Shown one piece after another: positions 39,808 through 54,885 of a DNA stretch of 64,000 nt. Source of the DNA: Eledone cirrhosa (lineage: Eukaryota); NCBI GenBank assembly GCA_964016885.1, contig OZ024743.1, positions 30,876,001-30,940,000 on the forward strand. Direction: 5' to 3'. The notes below the pieces were generated by a model. That model was not told the origin of the DNA, made no database searches, and worked only from the letters and a program-made list of their open reading frames with translations. The position numbers were made by a program, and so were the translations under genes. Each line of letters starts with the position of its first letter. The first letter of the stretch is position 1.

Positions 39808-41493
39808 AATTAAAACAACAAGAAGTAATATCGGCAGATACAAGCCGGAAGCTATAATAAGAATTACTAAGGATGTATATAACATTAAGAACCATATTAC
39901 AAATATAGTCTAAAGCAAAAAACCTAGAGCTAAACAAAGGTGGTTATATAGAGCAGGAATTATATATAATACAATGTAATATAATATAATATAATATACC
40001 TTTACCAACATTAAAATTACAATAAAAATCAAAAGGTACAATATGCATATGTATAGTATATATGTGCGCACACGTACACACACATACACATACAACAATA
40101 CACACATCCATCTTCAACTGCACAAATTAAACCTTATTAAGAGTTTGAATATAAAAATAAGCATGATAGGAATGAAAATATTAATAATAATAATACTAAT
40201 ACATCTACCCAATATACATGAGGTAATAATATGATATAATTATAAGTAGCACATATAATAAATAATAAACAATACAATTATATACTATATAATACAATAT
40301 AATAGAATATATAATCTCCGGTTAATTTACACAAACAATATAGATGTCACAATAATAATATAATAATAATATACTAACATTTATAATAAACAATATTTAA
40401 TGGTACTCAAGTTAACAAATCAATTCATACTGGGTTAAAGAGTAGGTGAGGAAAAATAAATTGTACAATACCCCCAAAAAATTGTTGATGGTACAAAAAT
40501 ACAAACATCTTACATGATATATAAAGTTTAACATATCATAATGTTACATATAATTAACGGTAAGTAATAAGGATCAATATTACAATAAAACATACAATAT
40601 AATATAATATATTATATAAAATAAATTAACATAATATAATATATAATTACTTATGATTACAAGGTTGGTAGACAGACATGTATATGTATGAGTGAGTAAG
40701 TGCCAGACAGTAGTATTACAAATAAAATATAAAATATAAGATATAGAATAAAATAATAAATAGAATCAACCGGAAATTAAAACACAAAAACAAACGTATA
40801 CATTTAGGTCTCACATGCAGTTAAGTAGTTAAGTAAAAACTAAGGAAACAACCCCTGTAAATGACTCGAAAACCCTATTTGATAAATTAATATTGAAAAT
40901 ATTTAAACTATCCAATAAGGCAGTATAATATAGGCTATAGTTTAAGTCATTAAAGTTTATAAACGTTAATATTTCGTTACAAATGTTTACAAAAAGGAAT
41001 GAAAATTTTTTACTATCATATACATAACGATATCTAAAAAACTGACTTAAGCAGAATTAAGGTAGGCTAATAGGGACAGAAATGAAAAAATATATGGAGG
41101 ATGCAAAGGGGCATAAAATATAGTCGATATACTATATTACATAATAGAAAGGAGCGTAACAGAGGGGGGAGTTAAATATAATCATAGTCAATTTGGAGGG
41201 GTTGACAATAAGTTTATGTGCGCTTTTGGTTATCCAAAGAAGAATCCGAATAAAAATAAAAATAAAAATAAGAATAAAATAAAATAAATAGCGTGAAATA
41301 TATACTCTTATATACATTCATAAGGTGTAACAGTGAAAATTTAATGCGTAAGAAGATAGATATGGTACAGTAGCCAAAAGATTATGAGAGCTAGAATGAA
41401 GAGTCATCAAAAACCAATGATAATAATGATGATAATAATAATGTTGGCAAACAAAAGAACCTAAACTAAAAAATAAGTAATGGAATATATCAG

Positions 41494-42460
41494 CTAATGG
41501 GTACAATTTGTACTACTAGAACGTTTAGGTTTATAATAAAAGTATGAATTAGAAATAGCGTGGGGGCAAGAAGAGAATATCTCAGACTTTCTATTAAGTA
41601 TGGATGCGCTAGAGAAAATTATAGAGTGTGTATCGAGGATACAGAGATTGCAACACTTAGTACGTGTAGAAAGGTGGTTAGAGCGTGCTACTAAACGCCA
41701 GTTAAGGCTATATGGTATATTAGCTCCCTTAAGATCCCAGATATAATGTGCTAAAGAAGTAGAATTCTTAAACTTAACATGTTTGAAATTAGAGATATGA
41801 GAGTTAAACCTAGTCTTAAAAGTATTAGATGTAAAGCCTATATAAGTTCTATTAGAGGAATTAGTTATAACTTCGCAAGCATAGACAATGTTCTTAGAAA
41901 GGCAGTTACCGTTTAAAGGGCAGTTAGCACTCACTCTACAATTGCACTTCCGGGTGTTATTGGTTGGCTCAAGTGGTGATGCATTACACGTAGGTTTGCT
42001 ATTAGATAAGGACTGTTCTGATGGTAATGCATTGCCAGATCTGTTCAGACTAGTAGTATGTAGAGAGGAGAATCCATCCCTAATTTTCCTATTGTTAGTG
42101 CTAGCTAAATGAGAACTAATATTAGGGGTGGTAGAGAATGAAAGTTTAATAACATTTTTATTAAAAATACTATGGTATTTATGAGAAGGGGGGAAATGTT
42201 TCTCTAAGATAGAGAAGAAAGACCTACGGATATTAGTTGATACTTCCTGATTATATGGCGGGTTAAAATAAGTATTTAATCGCCTTCTATTTTTATTCTT
42301 ACCGACTCTACCATTATCAAATATCCCACCATCAAGACTAGCGTTACTACAAGGATTAGTTAAAGCCACATTCATAGAATCAGCCAAAATTTCATTAAGC
42401 CTATTACAGTTTCTACCTCCAGTAGATCTGCTGCTGTCCGGAATCCCATCATAAGGATTA
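41494..42460 (-). pseudogene. C-terminal part of a Naiad-like ORF (post-RT linker and GIY-YIG)
   Basis: YFNPPY, KHFP, IKLSFSTTPN, CNCR..CPL..C, IVYAC...YIGFT, FKTRFNSH, CNLC, LNRKSE..CPH. Confidence 0.9.
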
Positions 42461-44737
42461 GGGCCAATGATAGGATCATGTTAAGTTTAAGAATTCTACT
42501 TCTTCAGCACATTATATCTGGGATCTTAAGGGAGCTAATATACCATATAGCCTTAACTGGCGTTTAGTAGCCCGCTCTAACCAGCTTTCTATACATGTTA
42601 AGTTTTGTAATCTCTGTATCCTCGAGACACACTCTATAATTTCCTCTAGCGCATCCTTACTTAATAGAAAGTCTGAGATATTCTCTTCTTGCCCTCTCGC
42701 TATTTCTAATTCATACTTTTATTATAAACCTAAACGTTCTAGTAGTACAAATTGTACCCATTAGCTGATATATTCCATTACTTATTTTTTACTTTAGGTA
42801 CTTTTGTTTGCCAACATTATTATTATCATCATTATTATCATTGGTTTTTGATGACTCTTCATTCTAGATCTCATAATCTTTTGGCTACTGTACCATATCC
42901 ATCTTCTTACGCATTAAATTTTCACTATTACACCTCATGAATGTATATAAGATTATATATTTTACGCTATTTATTTTATTTTATTCTTATTTTTATTTTT
43001 ATTTTTATTCGGATTCGTCTTTGGATAACCCGCCACAACCCCCCCCCCATGCGCACATAAACTTATTGTCAACCCCTCCAAATTGACTATGATTATATTT
43101 AACTCCCCCTCTTTTACGCTCCTTTCTATTATGTAATATAGTATATCGACTATATTTTATGCCTCTTTGCATCCTCCATATTTTTCTTCATTTCTGTCCT
43201 TATTAGCCTACCTTAATTCTGCTTAAGTCAGTTTTTTAGATATCGTTATGTATATGATAGTAAAAAAAATTCATTCCTTTTTGTAAACATTTGTAACGAA
43301 ATATTAACGTTTATAAACTTTAATTACTTAAACTATAGCTAATATTATACTGCCTTATTGGATAGTTTAAATATTTTTAATATTAATTTATCAAATAGGG
43401 TTTTCGAGTTATTTACAGGGGTTGTTTCCTTAGTTTTTACTTAACTACTTAACTGCATGTGAGACCTAAATGTATACGTTTGTTTTTGTTTTTTAATTTC
43501 CGGTTGATTCTATTTATTTATTTTATTCTATATTTTATATTTTATATTTTATTTGTAATACTACTGTGCATTATATTTACTTCCTGGCACTTACTCACTC
43601 ATACATATACATGTCTGTCTACCAACCTTGTAATTATAAGTAATTATATATTATATTATGTTAATTTATTTTATATAATATATTATATTATATTGTATGT
43701 TTTATTGTAATATTGATCCTTATTACTTACCGTTAATTATATGTAACATTATGATATGTTAAACTTTATATATCATGTAAGATGTTTGTATTTTTGTACC
43801 ATCAACATTTTTTGGGGGGTATTGTACAATTTATTGTTCCTCACCTACTCTGTAACCCAGTATGAATTGATTTGTTAACTTGAGTACCATTAAATATTGT
43901 TTATTATAAATGTTAGTATATTGTATATTATAAATGTTAGTATATTATTATAATATTATTATTGTGACATCTATATTGTTTGTGTAAATTAACCGGAGAT
44001 TATCTATTCTATTATATTGTATTATATAGTATATAATTGTATTGTTTATTATTTATTATATGTGCTACTTATAATTATATCATATTATTACCTCATGTAT
44101 ATTGGGTAGATGTATTAGTATTATTATTATTAATATTTTCATTCCTATCATGCTTATTTTTATATTCAAACTCTTAATAAGGTTTAATTTGTGCAGTTGA
44201 AGATGGATGTGTGTATTGTTGTATGTGTATGTGTGTGTACGTGTGCGCACATATATACATGTGCATATTGTACCTTTTGATTTTTATTGTAATTTTAATG
44301 TTGGTAAAGGTATATTATATTATATTTTATTACATTGTATTATATATAATTCCTGCTCTATATAACCACCTTTGTTTAGCTCTAGGTTTTTTTGCTTTGT
44401 ACTACATTTGTAATATGGTTCTTAATGTTATATACATCCTTAGTAATTCTTATTATATATTTTTATTATTTTTATTATTTTTATTATTTTTATTATATAT
44501 TATTGCAATACTCTAGTGTATGTACACTCCATATTATTCGGAGCTTCCGGCTTGTATCTGCCGATATTACTTCTTGTTGTTTTAATTGCCCTGATGAGAC
44601 TTTTGATGTATTGAAGGCTTCTTTGTTTTACTCTCTTAATTTTTCGGCTCTGTTTAACTACATTGAGCTATGCCTTTTACTGTCATTTCTATAATACGAA
44701 GAGGGTGTTTAACTCCAACCAGCTCCAGTATTTTAAC

Positions 44738-44852
<115 letters not shown>

Positions 44853-45147
44853 TATACATAGATATATTATATATGTATATATACATACATATATATCCAG
44901 GGGTACTTAGTACCCTTGGGTATATTAACTTCTATTATTATACTCCGTTATGTAGAGAACAAATCTGTTGTATCTATTTAGCTGCTATTTATAGTAACGA
45001 GATAGACAACGTGTCTATGTTTCTCCCGTATTTACCTCGGGCAGTTCACGTACGGGTCATTTTTCGACCTTATTAGATCCGTGCTAGCTGGCGGATAACA
45101 ATATATTTTATCGTTCCTGGGTCTTTAGCCCTAGGAACGGAAAATGC

Positions 45148-45226
45148 TTCTCTGATGAACTTTGATTTTCCATTACAAATCCATTGGATTTCTGGTGTTT
45201 TACAAAGCGAAACCGATCGGTCAGGG
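45148..45226 (+). ncRNA. Hammerhead motif in a solo terminal-repeat fragment (about 44897-45310) between (TA)n tracts
   Basis: ttct CTGATGA actttg...caaagc GAAAC cgatcg GTC aggg, with stem III palindrome ACCGATCGGT. Confidence 0.75.
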
Positions 45227-45307
45227 CCAAAAGAATAGGTAAATATTTAAATTATATTTTTTAATTTATTTTAAAAAATTGGTTGAATTTTGCTTGTTCT
45301 GCTTATC

Positions 45308-45351
<44 letters not shown>

Positions 45352-46359
45352 CAGTATATTATACATCTCTAATACTGTCATCACCATGACATATGTGGGT
45401 TCAGGCTAACCCTGAACCACTATAAACATACCGAGCAACTTCCATGTCATGTGAACTTCCAAATAATGCCTAAACTACTACAAACATATCACACCAAATA
45501 TCCAATCTCAATACGCATGTGTAAACTATAAATTGCAATACTAAAAAGATCCAATTACCCGTACAGGCCTGATCAACTGCAGAGCAACCAGCTTTTAACA
45601 ATTAATCATATTAACTACCAAGTTAACACAACCTATCCACATACTACAAATCAAAACGAACCACATCAAATTAAACTCAACCGGTCTTTATCTACAAAAT
45701 AAAACATCGAAATAACAATTAACCAAGACCAATAATCTCCTTAAATTAGCAATTATCATACCTGATGTCATTTATCTCCAGTGTACTAATGCAACATTCA
45801 CGTCACATAGAAAACAAATTAATGAAAATATTGTTAAATGTGAAGTAATAATTAATTTAACATTACAACAAGGCAAAACACTAAATGTTACTCAGCAACA
45901 TTCCTATATTTACTTCACGTCGATCAACATTTGAATGAAGACCAGCACTCCATTTTTAAATTGAAGTACACATGAATTAATCAGACCTGTCCAAGGTTTT
46001 TCGTGTGTTCATCGAGTTTTAAAGTTTTCCTTTTTTGTGAAATGTTAATTTTTCTTTAAATATTCTCCTTTATTTCATGCATATGTTTGTTGGTTTGCAT
46101 AATTGTGTCTTGCCAAAAATATTTTTCATCTAGGAGAAAACTTTGTCTCCATTAGTGGGGTCAGGAGACGTAGTGTCGTGCTAAGCACATGTTTGGTCAT
46201 AATTATGTCCATGTTATTACTTGCATCATCCGCATTCCCAGTGTCACTCAACTGAGCCGCTCTAAGAACATGTAACACATTCATCTCTTGGCTCTTGAGG
46301 CCCAAGTCACGTCCGACATGATGGTGTCTAACATTATTAGATGCTTGTGGATTGGCTGG

Positions 46360-46545
46360 GGATTGGAAGTATCGATAGAGGGTCGGACGCCATGCTTTGA
46401 CGCATAGAGTTATGGCCCTTGTCATTCTGAGTCCAAATCCCACGGAGGTTAACTTTGCCTTTCATCCTTACGAGTTCGATAAAATAAAGTACCAGTAATT
46501 CACTGGTTAATTGCTGGCCTTGTGCCAAAAGTAGAAACAATTACT
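46360..46545 (+). mobile_element. SINE family A
   Basis: Full-length unit. Confidence 0.85.
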
Positions 46546-46859
46546 AGATGCTTATTACTAGGGTGTCGGAACGAACAGCCTCGTTAATTTTCTGGTCTAT
46601 CTGAGACATGGATCTCTGTAACCATAGGTTCTTCAATAGGAAATCTTTAGATGGAAATGAATACTAGGGCTCTTCTAACCTTCAATTCAGAATTTTGTGT
46701 GAATTAGTTCGGTTTCAAAATTCCTGAAAAAAAGACGAGCTTCTTCTTCTTCTTCCTTTAATTATATTAACAACATTTTAAACATGAGACAGTTTCATAA
46801 TTCGAATTTTTCTTCTTCTTCTACTTCTTCTTCAGCTCAGCTAGATTGCATTAGACAAT

Positions 46860-47120
46860 ATCCTTACATCACTTTGCCAGACACTTAGTATAGACTTTAA
46901 ACGGGATGTATAACAAAGAGATACTTTTACAACTGACACAATTTCTCTTGTCTCCGCTTTTGAAAATTAGGATTCTCACTCCCGACTGCCGTCGCTTACA
47001 GGCCTCCTGCCCAGAGGTTTTGCCACATTTGAGCTCTTTAATTGCTCTTGAGTCTTCATTTTCTGGGAGCCTACTCAATCGCTCTCTGATGAACCTCAAT
47101 GGCATCAGAAGATGCTGTTG
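46860..47120 (-). mobile_element. RTE-clade LINE RT fragment
   Basis: AIKELKCGKTSG...IFKSGDKRNCVSCKSISLLYIPFKVY matches the conserved IFKKGD...C.NYRGISLL..PGKVY motif. Confidence 0.75.
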
Positions 47121-47496
47121 CAATCGAGTTTAGGAGATCAGCAAAATATTCTCTCTAACTCACTATGATGAACCTCGCTGAAGAAAGAACCTCTTCACCC
47201 TAATGTGCCTCGATGCGATATTTACCTCAACATAGCATTGGTATTTAAATTTAATAGAGTTATAAATGCAAGCTTAATTGTGTAGAAAATGTATAGCTAT
47301 ATATATATCAATGTGTACGTTAATGTGTGGCACATTACGTTGCGAGTATATGTTGCCATGGAATTTACAGCCAGTTATATGTAAATCATGATGGCTGGTT
47401 GTACCGTTGAACTCGAATACTCACTGGCAGAACTGACAGATCTATTTCAATACAAAAGTATGTATATATACACACTAACACACACATATATCAAAA

Positions 47497-47619
<123 letters not shown>

Positions 47620-47657
47620 CATGTGTGTGTGTGTGCGTGTGTATATATCTATCTATC

Positions 47658-47692
<35 letters not shown>

Positions 47693-47732
47693 ATATATAT
47701 ATGCATATATATATATGTATACACACACACAC

Positions 47733-47785
<53 letters not shown>

Positions 47786-50166
47786 CAATCATATTTATTG
47801 TGTGTATATCAATTGGAATGGTTTAAGCAACACACAAATTGAATAATTTATTGATACACCGATCGAACCAATAACCATATATTTGAATCTCACATGGATT
47901 TAGGCGTCGGAAAAATGCATGTCAAAAGTAAATGGTGCACGAAACATCTTAGAATTAACGAAAACTGGCCCACAGTAGATTGATCGAAATAACAGAATTA
48001 CTTAGCTCTGACAGTAAAGTAGCCATTGAGGCAGTTCTTATATCCCCGCTGGTCTTACACAGCAATCATAACAGCCAACCCTGTAATGATTTCCATAAAA
48101 ATATCTTCCTTTGATATTCTTTTTATTTGTTTATACTTCAAATTATTCACAATATATTGGTATATATGTATATACATTTTTTTGTTATCTATATGAAAGT
48201 ATATCTATATACATACAAGTACTATATGTGCGTGCGTGTGTCTCTGTTTGTGTGTGCAGTGGGTGTGTGTCCGGTGAGTATGTATATGTCTATAATTTTT
48301 TTCAGCTCCTGCACATATCCCTTAATTCAAAAGGAATGAATATCATCGATTTAAGCATTATTAGAACCTCACGTGTTTTTTCTCATAGAAACCAATCCAT
48401 AAGTCGTTGGAAGTAATATCGTAAGGGTAAATACTTTATATATCTGGTCATTTAAATCAGAAACTATTTCTACCAGCATTAAATTAATGTTTATATATTT
48501 ATAAATATATATAATTACAATTATGGAAATTGAACTAGAAATTATAGATGAGGAAGTACGAGACAAAATCTTAAAGAAAAGTGGTTAATTTATTTGATTG
48601 CGCTTCTTGTTGCATCTAGATCTGAGGAATAGGTATCTAGTCAAAAAGCAATATGGCATTGTTTTATATCCATGGAAAATAAATTGACACATCATAGATT
48701 TCTAACAGTATCGTAACTTATATATATGTGTGTACGTTTTATTTTGATATCGAAAATGTTGAATATCATATGTCTTAACCAGTACTTTGTGATGGGCGGA
48801 AATTGTCAACAACCATTGAACCATGAGCAATTATTTTTTAAAGTGAGTCAAGATTATATTCTATGCATTGTAATTATATTTATTCCTCACTTAAAATCAT
48901 TGTACTACTTCAATATTATGGCACACGCGTATGCCACACTCAGGTTTGTTTTCTTAATTCAACTTCACCGTTATAGACGTGTATATTTTGATAATGATAG
49001 ATAAGTGAACCTGTTATATCTCTTTTACAATTTTTACCCTATCCAGCCACCCAACTTAGTACATGCTGAGGCACCATCCATGAAAAACAATTGTTGAATA
49101 AAATTTATTCAGTTAATTCTGATAATGATTGAACCTCTAACCACTCACCGTAGTTAGAACTTCCAACACAATTTCCATATGAGCCACCGGACTGTCGCAA
49201 AGGCTGCATATACAACACTAAATTACAGTATTAATGCTTAATAAATAAATATTAATTTATAAAAGATAGCGATTTTGTGAGCATGAGTTAAATAATGATA
49301 TTACGTTAACACATACCGCGAAGCATAGAAAGTTCAGTAGAACTACAATTAGTTTTTTGCCTCATTTTCATATCCGATTGGCGTTTCTGAAGGTGATAGA
49401 CATTTAGCAGATGATAAATGTAATTTAACGTAGTAACAAAGTTGTTAGAGGAAATAATGTAATTGTTATAACGCCACGAGTAATCAGTTTGGTAGAAAGA
49501 TGTGTTGGTCATATCGACAAACGAGTAACTTGAGAACAACGTCAACAAGAAGAAGGTTCGTGAGATGAAAAGTATGTTTATTTGTTGTGGCACAAAGTAA
49601 TGTTTAGTTAAATTGTATGATTGCAGTTCAACGTAAAAAAGGTTAGAAAAGGAATGTGCCATTGTGCCAGGCCCGAGGCAGGCTAAAGTGCAAAATCTCA
49701 CCGTTACATGTTGTACGTGTTGTTCCTACGAAGTTCAGGATGCGAGAGGCTGATTCTTCAAATCCTCGCGGGGAATTTCTCCCTCAGGGCGCGTAGGGAT
49801 ACATTATCTTCTACTGGCGCTGATTGATTGAGCTGAACCAAATCACGCAGAGAGAATGTGTGTGAGCCCGCGGAATGTAGGTCACTACAGACATAAGATA
49901 AACTGCAGGCATCTGCTATTCATTGAATGACCATTGCCATTGTAAATGCCTCCACACGCAAAATATTAAATGCATACACACACGCGCGGGGACACAATCA
50001 AGAACACATGCACAGACACACATGCTGACACACACACGCACACACACATATGTGTGAATTCATTTAAAAGTTAGTTTGTCAATGAAAAAGATCATATATG
50101 TCGTAGAGTGTATATTGTTTAGTAAAATTGAATTCAAGTCGAGAGCAAAAGTATTTAATGTAAATA

Positions 50167-50197
<31 letters not shown>

Positions 50198-50223
50198 TGT
50201 ATGTATGTATGTATGTATGTATG

Positions 50224-50254
<31 letters not shown>

Positions 50255-50661
50255 GAGATGACCCCTTAGTTTTTGTCAAGGCAGAATTCTAGGAGAAGGA
50301 AAACTCTGATATAACACCTGCAACGCTGATGGTATCCAATGATGATGAATTGTTCTTCTTTTTGGTAAATATCATCTTGGTTAAAAGAGTGGGACTGGCT
50401 TTGTGCAGTGCCTTTGTGCTCACTATAAAAGCTTCACGGCACAGGCATTGCTTTATATCTGGGGATCTCTCTGCACTTGTCATCACAGGGTACAATGGGC
50501 CCAGCACTATGTGTCAGTAATTGTCATAAGTGTAGTGTTTTTACCAGAATTTTCAAGTCGCTGGCTGGACTAAAAAGTCCAACTCGTTCAGCGCATCGGT
50601 AGGGGTTCTCCTACATGGATATAAAGTAGTGGCCGTACTCGAAAACGAGTTGGCAGCCACC
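50255..50661 (+). mobile_element. 5'-truncated copy of a bipartite non-autonomous RTE element
   Basis: Near-identical to 50953-51343 and bounded by (ATGT)n. Confidence 0.8.
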
Positions 50662-50790
50662 ATGTATGTATGTACGTATGTATGTATGTATGTACGTGTG
50701 TACATATGTACGTATGTATGTACGCATGTACGTATGTACGTATGTATGCATACACGCATGTATGTATGCATGTATGTATGTATGTATATA

Positions 50791-51343
50791 TGCACTGGTC
50801 CCATGGTCGGGTCGTTGGCGACTAAACTGGCAATTCCACCAAGGTTTCTTGGTGAGGAGGGTGACTTTGGACATCCTGAAGGATTAAAAACAAAACCTGT
50901 CAAAGGGCAAAGGAGCCCTTAAGAATCAATGGCCAATCAAAATCAACGGGAGAGATGACCCCTTCGCCTTTGTCAAGGCAGAATTCTAGGAGAAGGAAAA
51001 CTCTGATATAACACCTGCAACCCTGATGGTATCCAATGATGATGAATTGTTCTTCTTTTTGGTAAATATCATCTTGGTTAAAAGAGTGCGACTGGCTTTG
51101 TGCAGTGCCTTTGCTCACTATAAAAGCTTCACGGCACAGGCATTGCTTTATATCTGGGGATATCTCTGCACTTGTCATCACAGGGCACTATGTGTCAATA
51201 ATTGTCACAAGTGTAGTGTTTGTGTCAGAGTTTTCAAGTCGCTGGCTGGACTAAAAAGTCACACTTGTTCAGCGCATCGGTAGGGGTTCTCCTACTTGGA
51301 TATAAAGTAGTGGCCGTACTCGAAAACGAGTTGGCAGCCTCCA
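50791..51343 (+). mobile_element. Bipartite non-autonomous RTE element (5' UTR fused to 3' end)
   Basis: RTE 5' UTR-type motif ctaggagaaggaaaactctgat. The 3' part encodes the terminal C2H2 finger HKCSVCVRVFKSLAGLKSHTCSAHR*, followed by an (ATGT)n tail. Confidence 0.75.
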
Positions 51344-51850
51344 TGTATATATGCATGCATGCATATACGCATGTATGTATGTATGTATATATGTATGTAT
51401 GCATGCACGCATGTATGTATGGATGTATGTATGTATTCATGGAGATATGCATATTAGCGCGTATGTATGTATGTATTTATATGTATATATTCTGTAACTA
51501 TATATGCGGTTGGTGTCTGGGTACAGATTTAAAATGATGTATAGACGTTATATAATTTATAGTTATTATAGCATCAAAGCCATTTCACCATATTTAATGC
51601 GGATTCGTATTTCGACAAAAATGACGTTTGTATGAAACGCGATGTCATGGCATTCCTGCCTTCTGCAACAGTATCATACGGTGCATTGTTCGCTCTTTCT
51701 GTTCTGATTTTTTTCAAAGCCCTCTTCTACATTAATTTCTGTAACTGCACGGCAACATTATTTTTTCTATCTTAAATTTCTGCACTGCAGTCGATCCATT
51801 CAAGTCACTTCATAATTAACTATTCTTTCTTACCGCATGTATACGTCAAT

Positions 51851-51889
<39 letters not shown>

Positions 51890-51892
51890 GTA

Positions 51893-51923
<31 letters not shown>

Positions 51924-52399
51924 ATGCATGCACGCATGTGTGTATGCATGTATGTATGTATGTATGTACACACACACACGCACATACACACACACACACG
52001 CATATATATATATATATATATATCTTTACTTGAATGCTTTCGCATATGTATTCTTGTACGTATATAAACGTAGCTGTTTGTCTCTATGTATGGTTGTTTA
52101 TTGCTTTTGTGAAGAGATTAAATCAATTTTGCATACAAAATTCTTTATGCACACTTTCAATTGGAGCCCCTTTATGTATTTATATACACAGTTATATATC
52201 TATATTTTCTTGTTATTCTCTTTCCATTAATATTCGCGTTTCCAATCATCAGAAATGGGGAAATATTCTTGCATAATTGGGTGTATTCAAAACACTAATA
52301 TTGCCGCTTGGATTGGGGGAAAAATCACCCTCCAGAAAATTTCAATATCTAAATCCTGCTACACAATGGTTCGTAGGGGGGGGGGGGGGGGATAGTGAT

Positions 52400-52643
52400 A
52401 CTACCAGCAAATATGTAGGTTACGGGACCGAAGCTTAGGCCCCACGTAGGATGGTTGGATAACATATCTCAGCTCGGTTGGTCTCACATTGGGAACTCAG
52501 CAGGATCAATTGGAGATGGTTGCCTCCAATAGGACCCGTTGGAAGGCGTGTTTGACGACTCTACACCCACATCCCTCCCAGGAATATGTGTGCGAAACCG
52601 AGGAGGAGTAGGAAGAGGAGGAGGGGTTAGAAGAAGACGAAGA
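52400..52643 (+). mobile_element. 3' end of a Rex3/Expander-like RTE LINE
   Basis: Pieced across frames: RWLDNISQLGWSHIG..QDQLEMVASNRTRWKACLTTLHPHPSQE, resembling RWRDYVSRLAWERLG....LEEV...R.VW..LL.LLPPRP, then a GAG/GAA-rich tail. Confidence 0.65.
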
Positions 52644-54457
52644 TAACTTTTATTATATGTTTCATCTCGAAAGATGAATTTGTTCCCGTCATTTGATTGC
52701 ATAATATGGTGAATATAACGCAGAGAATTTTAAGACATTTTTTGTCACAATTATATGTTCCCACGTATGGTACGCAGTAACATCACGATATCATGAGGTG
52801 AAAATATCAGTTTAATGAAAAGAAACTTGGATTTTCTTGCATTACATTTCTGCATGTGTATCGCTTTACACATGTAGTGCAAGAAAATCCAACTTTTCTA
52901 ATTATCTGGTTATTTTCCGACTGAACACACGTAAAATAATGATTGTGCCAATCTTTATTTAAAACAGAATTTACAAGGGATATTAAAAATTACGTTGAGT
53001 TGGAACATTGTTAGTGCCTTAATCGTTGATATAGACTATGCAGATCGATGAGGATGTATCTGGCAAAATCACCTGCAGAATGAAATGCGCATGTTTTGGT
53101 ATATGATGTATATTATATAATGCAGAAAGCTATACATATTTAGATATTCAGTTTAAAATCAACGATCGACAGGTACTTTTATAGTCTTTTAATACCTAAA
53201 AGCAACAATGTTGGAGAAACCCCCCAAGTGAACGGTTGCTTGAATCTTTAGATGTATATAGACAATGAAAATTTAAATATTACTTACATATTGTTGAAGA
53301 TTTTAGAGTCGCTCTGGTACAAATGAGAAACACTTGTTTTTATGTAGTATTCAGCCTGCTCGCCTTACTCCCGTGTTTAATAACTATATTTGGCATCAGT
53401 AGATCCCATCTAATTATGCACAACACTTTCACCCTTAACCTCGTCATATCGTCTCTAAATGATTAGTCACCCATACTGCCGACATTTATAATCGGCCTCA
53501 CTACCTTCCTTTATTTATGTATAGATTAATCACTCTTAAACGTTTTAGCTGAGAAGTTTAGTATTTGCTAGTGAGTTTCGAAACACGTCTATTGCTTTTA
53601 GTATTTGGTTTTATAAACCAGACCTGCAGATATTTACATTGTTAATGTTGTGTAAATATGTTAATGGGAATTATAAAGCTTATTAACTATATTAATGAAA
53701 CCATCCTCTTTCTTTTGTAATTATCGAATTGTAGCAAAGCTTACTTAATATCAGTCAATTCGAGATTCTCATTATATTACGTATGAGATAGAATGTGTAC
53801 TTATCACATTAAGTGCTCTCCTGCGTTATTTCATATCATGTTTATTATTGACGTTCCTAATTAGCGCCAAGATATTCTCTGTGTTGACAACCGAGAGGAC
53901 TATGCTTTTCTCAATTTGTCAGCCAATCAACAACATGTCACCTGCTTTCACCACTTTGCTTTAAATGTCACAACAATGAAATTTATATTTACTTTATACG
54001 ATGAGGCGAACATGTTAGAATTATCTCACTTGATGTTTTGAGAAGTTTATCATCGCATGTTTTTTTTTTTGGTTATTGTGTATTATATAACTGAAACACT
54101 ATATTATTTGCACTGATCAGGAAATTGGCCGATTACTGATTAAGGTTTAATCGGCATTGCATTAACTACTGACAAATTTTAATCGGCAGTCGATTATCTC
54201 TATTTGAAAGACATGTAATGATTTGGCAAGCCGTATCCTTATATTCAATCGTTAGTAATATTTTTATAATATTTCAAAATTAATCCCAATTATAAAGCTA
54301 CTATTTGATGACATATTCGGACCTACATTCTCTCGTTTATCGCATGCAATCAAGTTTGTTTATTATGAATTGAATATGCTACGCCTTTAAGATAGAACAC
54401 ACGTGCATTCAAATTTACTCTGAAAATTTAAACAAATGCGAAACCACTTTGTTATTT

Positions 54458-54632
54458 TGGCAGTATCGGTAGAGGGTCGGACGCCATGCTTTCCAGCATA
54501 GTTACGTCCCTTTACGGTCTGAGTTCATATCCCGCCGAGGTTGACTTTGCCTTTCATCCTTACGGGGTCGATAAAATAAAGTACCAGTAATGCACTGGGT
54601 AATTTCTGACATGGGGCCTAAAGTAGAAACAG
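54458..54632 (+). mobile_element. SINE family A
   Basis: Full-length unit. Confidence 0.88.
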
Positions 54633-54885
54633 TTATAATTATGTGCACAGGTAAACACAATATTCGATAATTTGTGTATAAATAATCCAGGTATCCGAGT
54701 AATGGTCAATGCCTGTCGCATCTCTGTTTCCATACATCCATTATTTCTATAAATATACTACTTATATCTATTCCCCAACATATATCCGATTGCTGAATAG
54801 GTTGGTTCTGTATATCTATATGCTTATTTATAGATCTAGATTGTCACAATTATATTCCTCGTTAATCTATCATTAGGTTGATGTA

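Larger units (their letters stand above)
39721..44720. mobile_element. Naiad-like PLE head-to-head fold-back (39721 to about 41780 is the inverse of 42477-44640) with a 1.8-kb AT-rich 3' UTR and tail 44641-44720
   Basis: Long inverted arms, EN-coding on the - strand, and (TA)n on both sides. Confidence 0.93.

Noticed and set aside
48376-48428. Possible host micro-exon (tttttctcatag / 32 nt / gtaagg)
   Set aside because: Splice-like signals alone are common in AT-rich DNA. No partner exons or recognisable peptide were found, so RNA-seq is needed.
52827-52892. Inverted repeat ttggattttcttgca / tgcaagaaaatccaa
   Set aside because: It is short and isolated, perhaps a MITE remnant, with no second copy or TSD to support a call.
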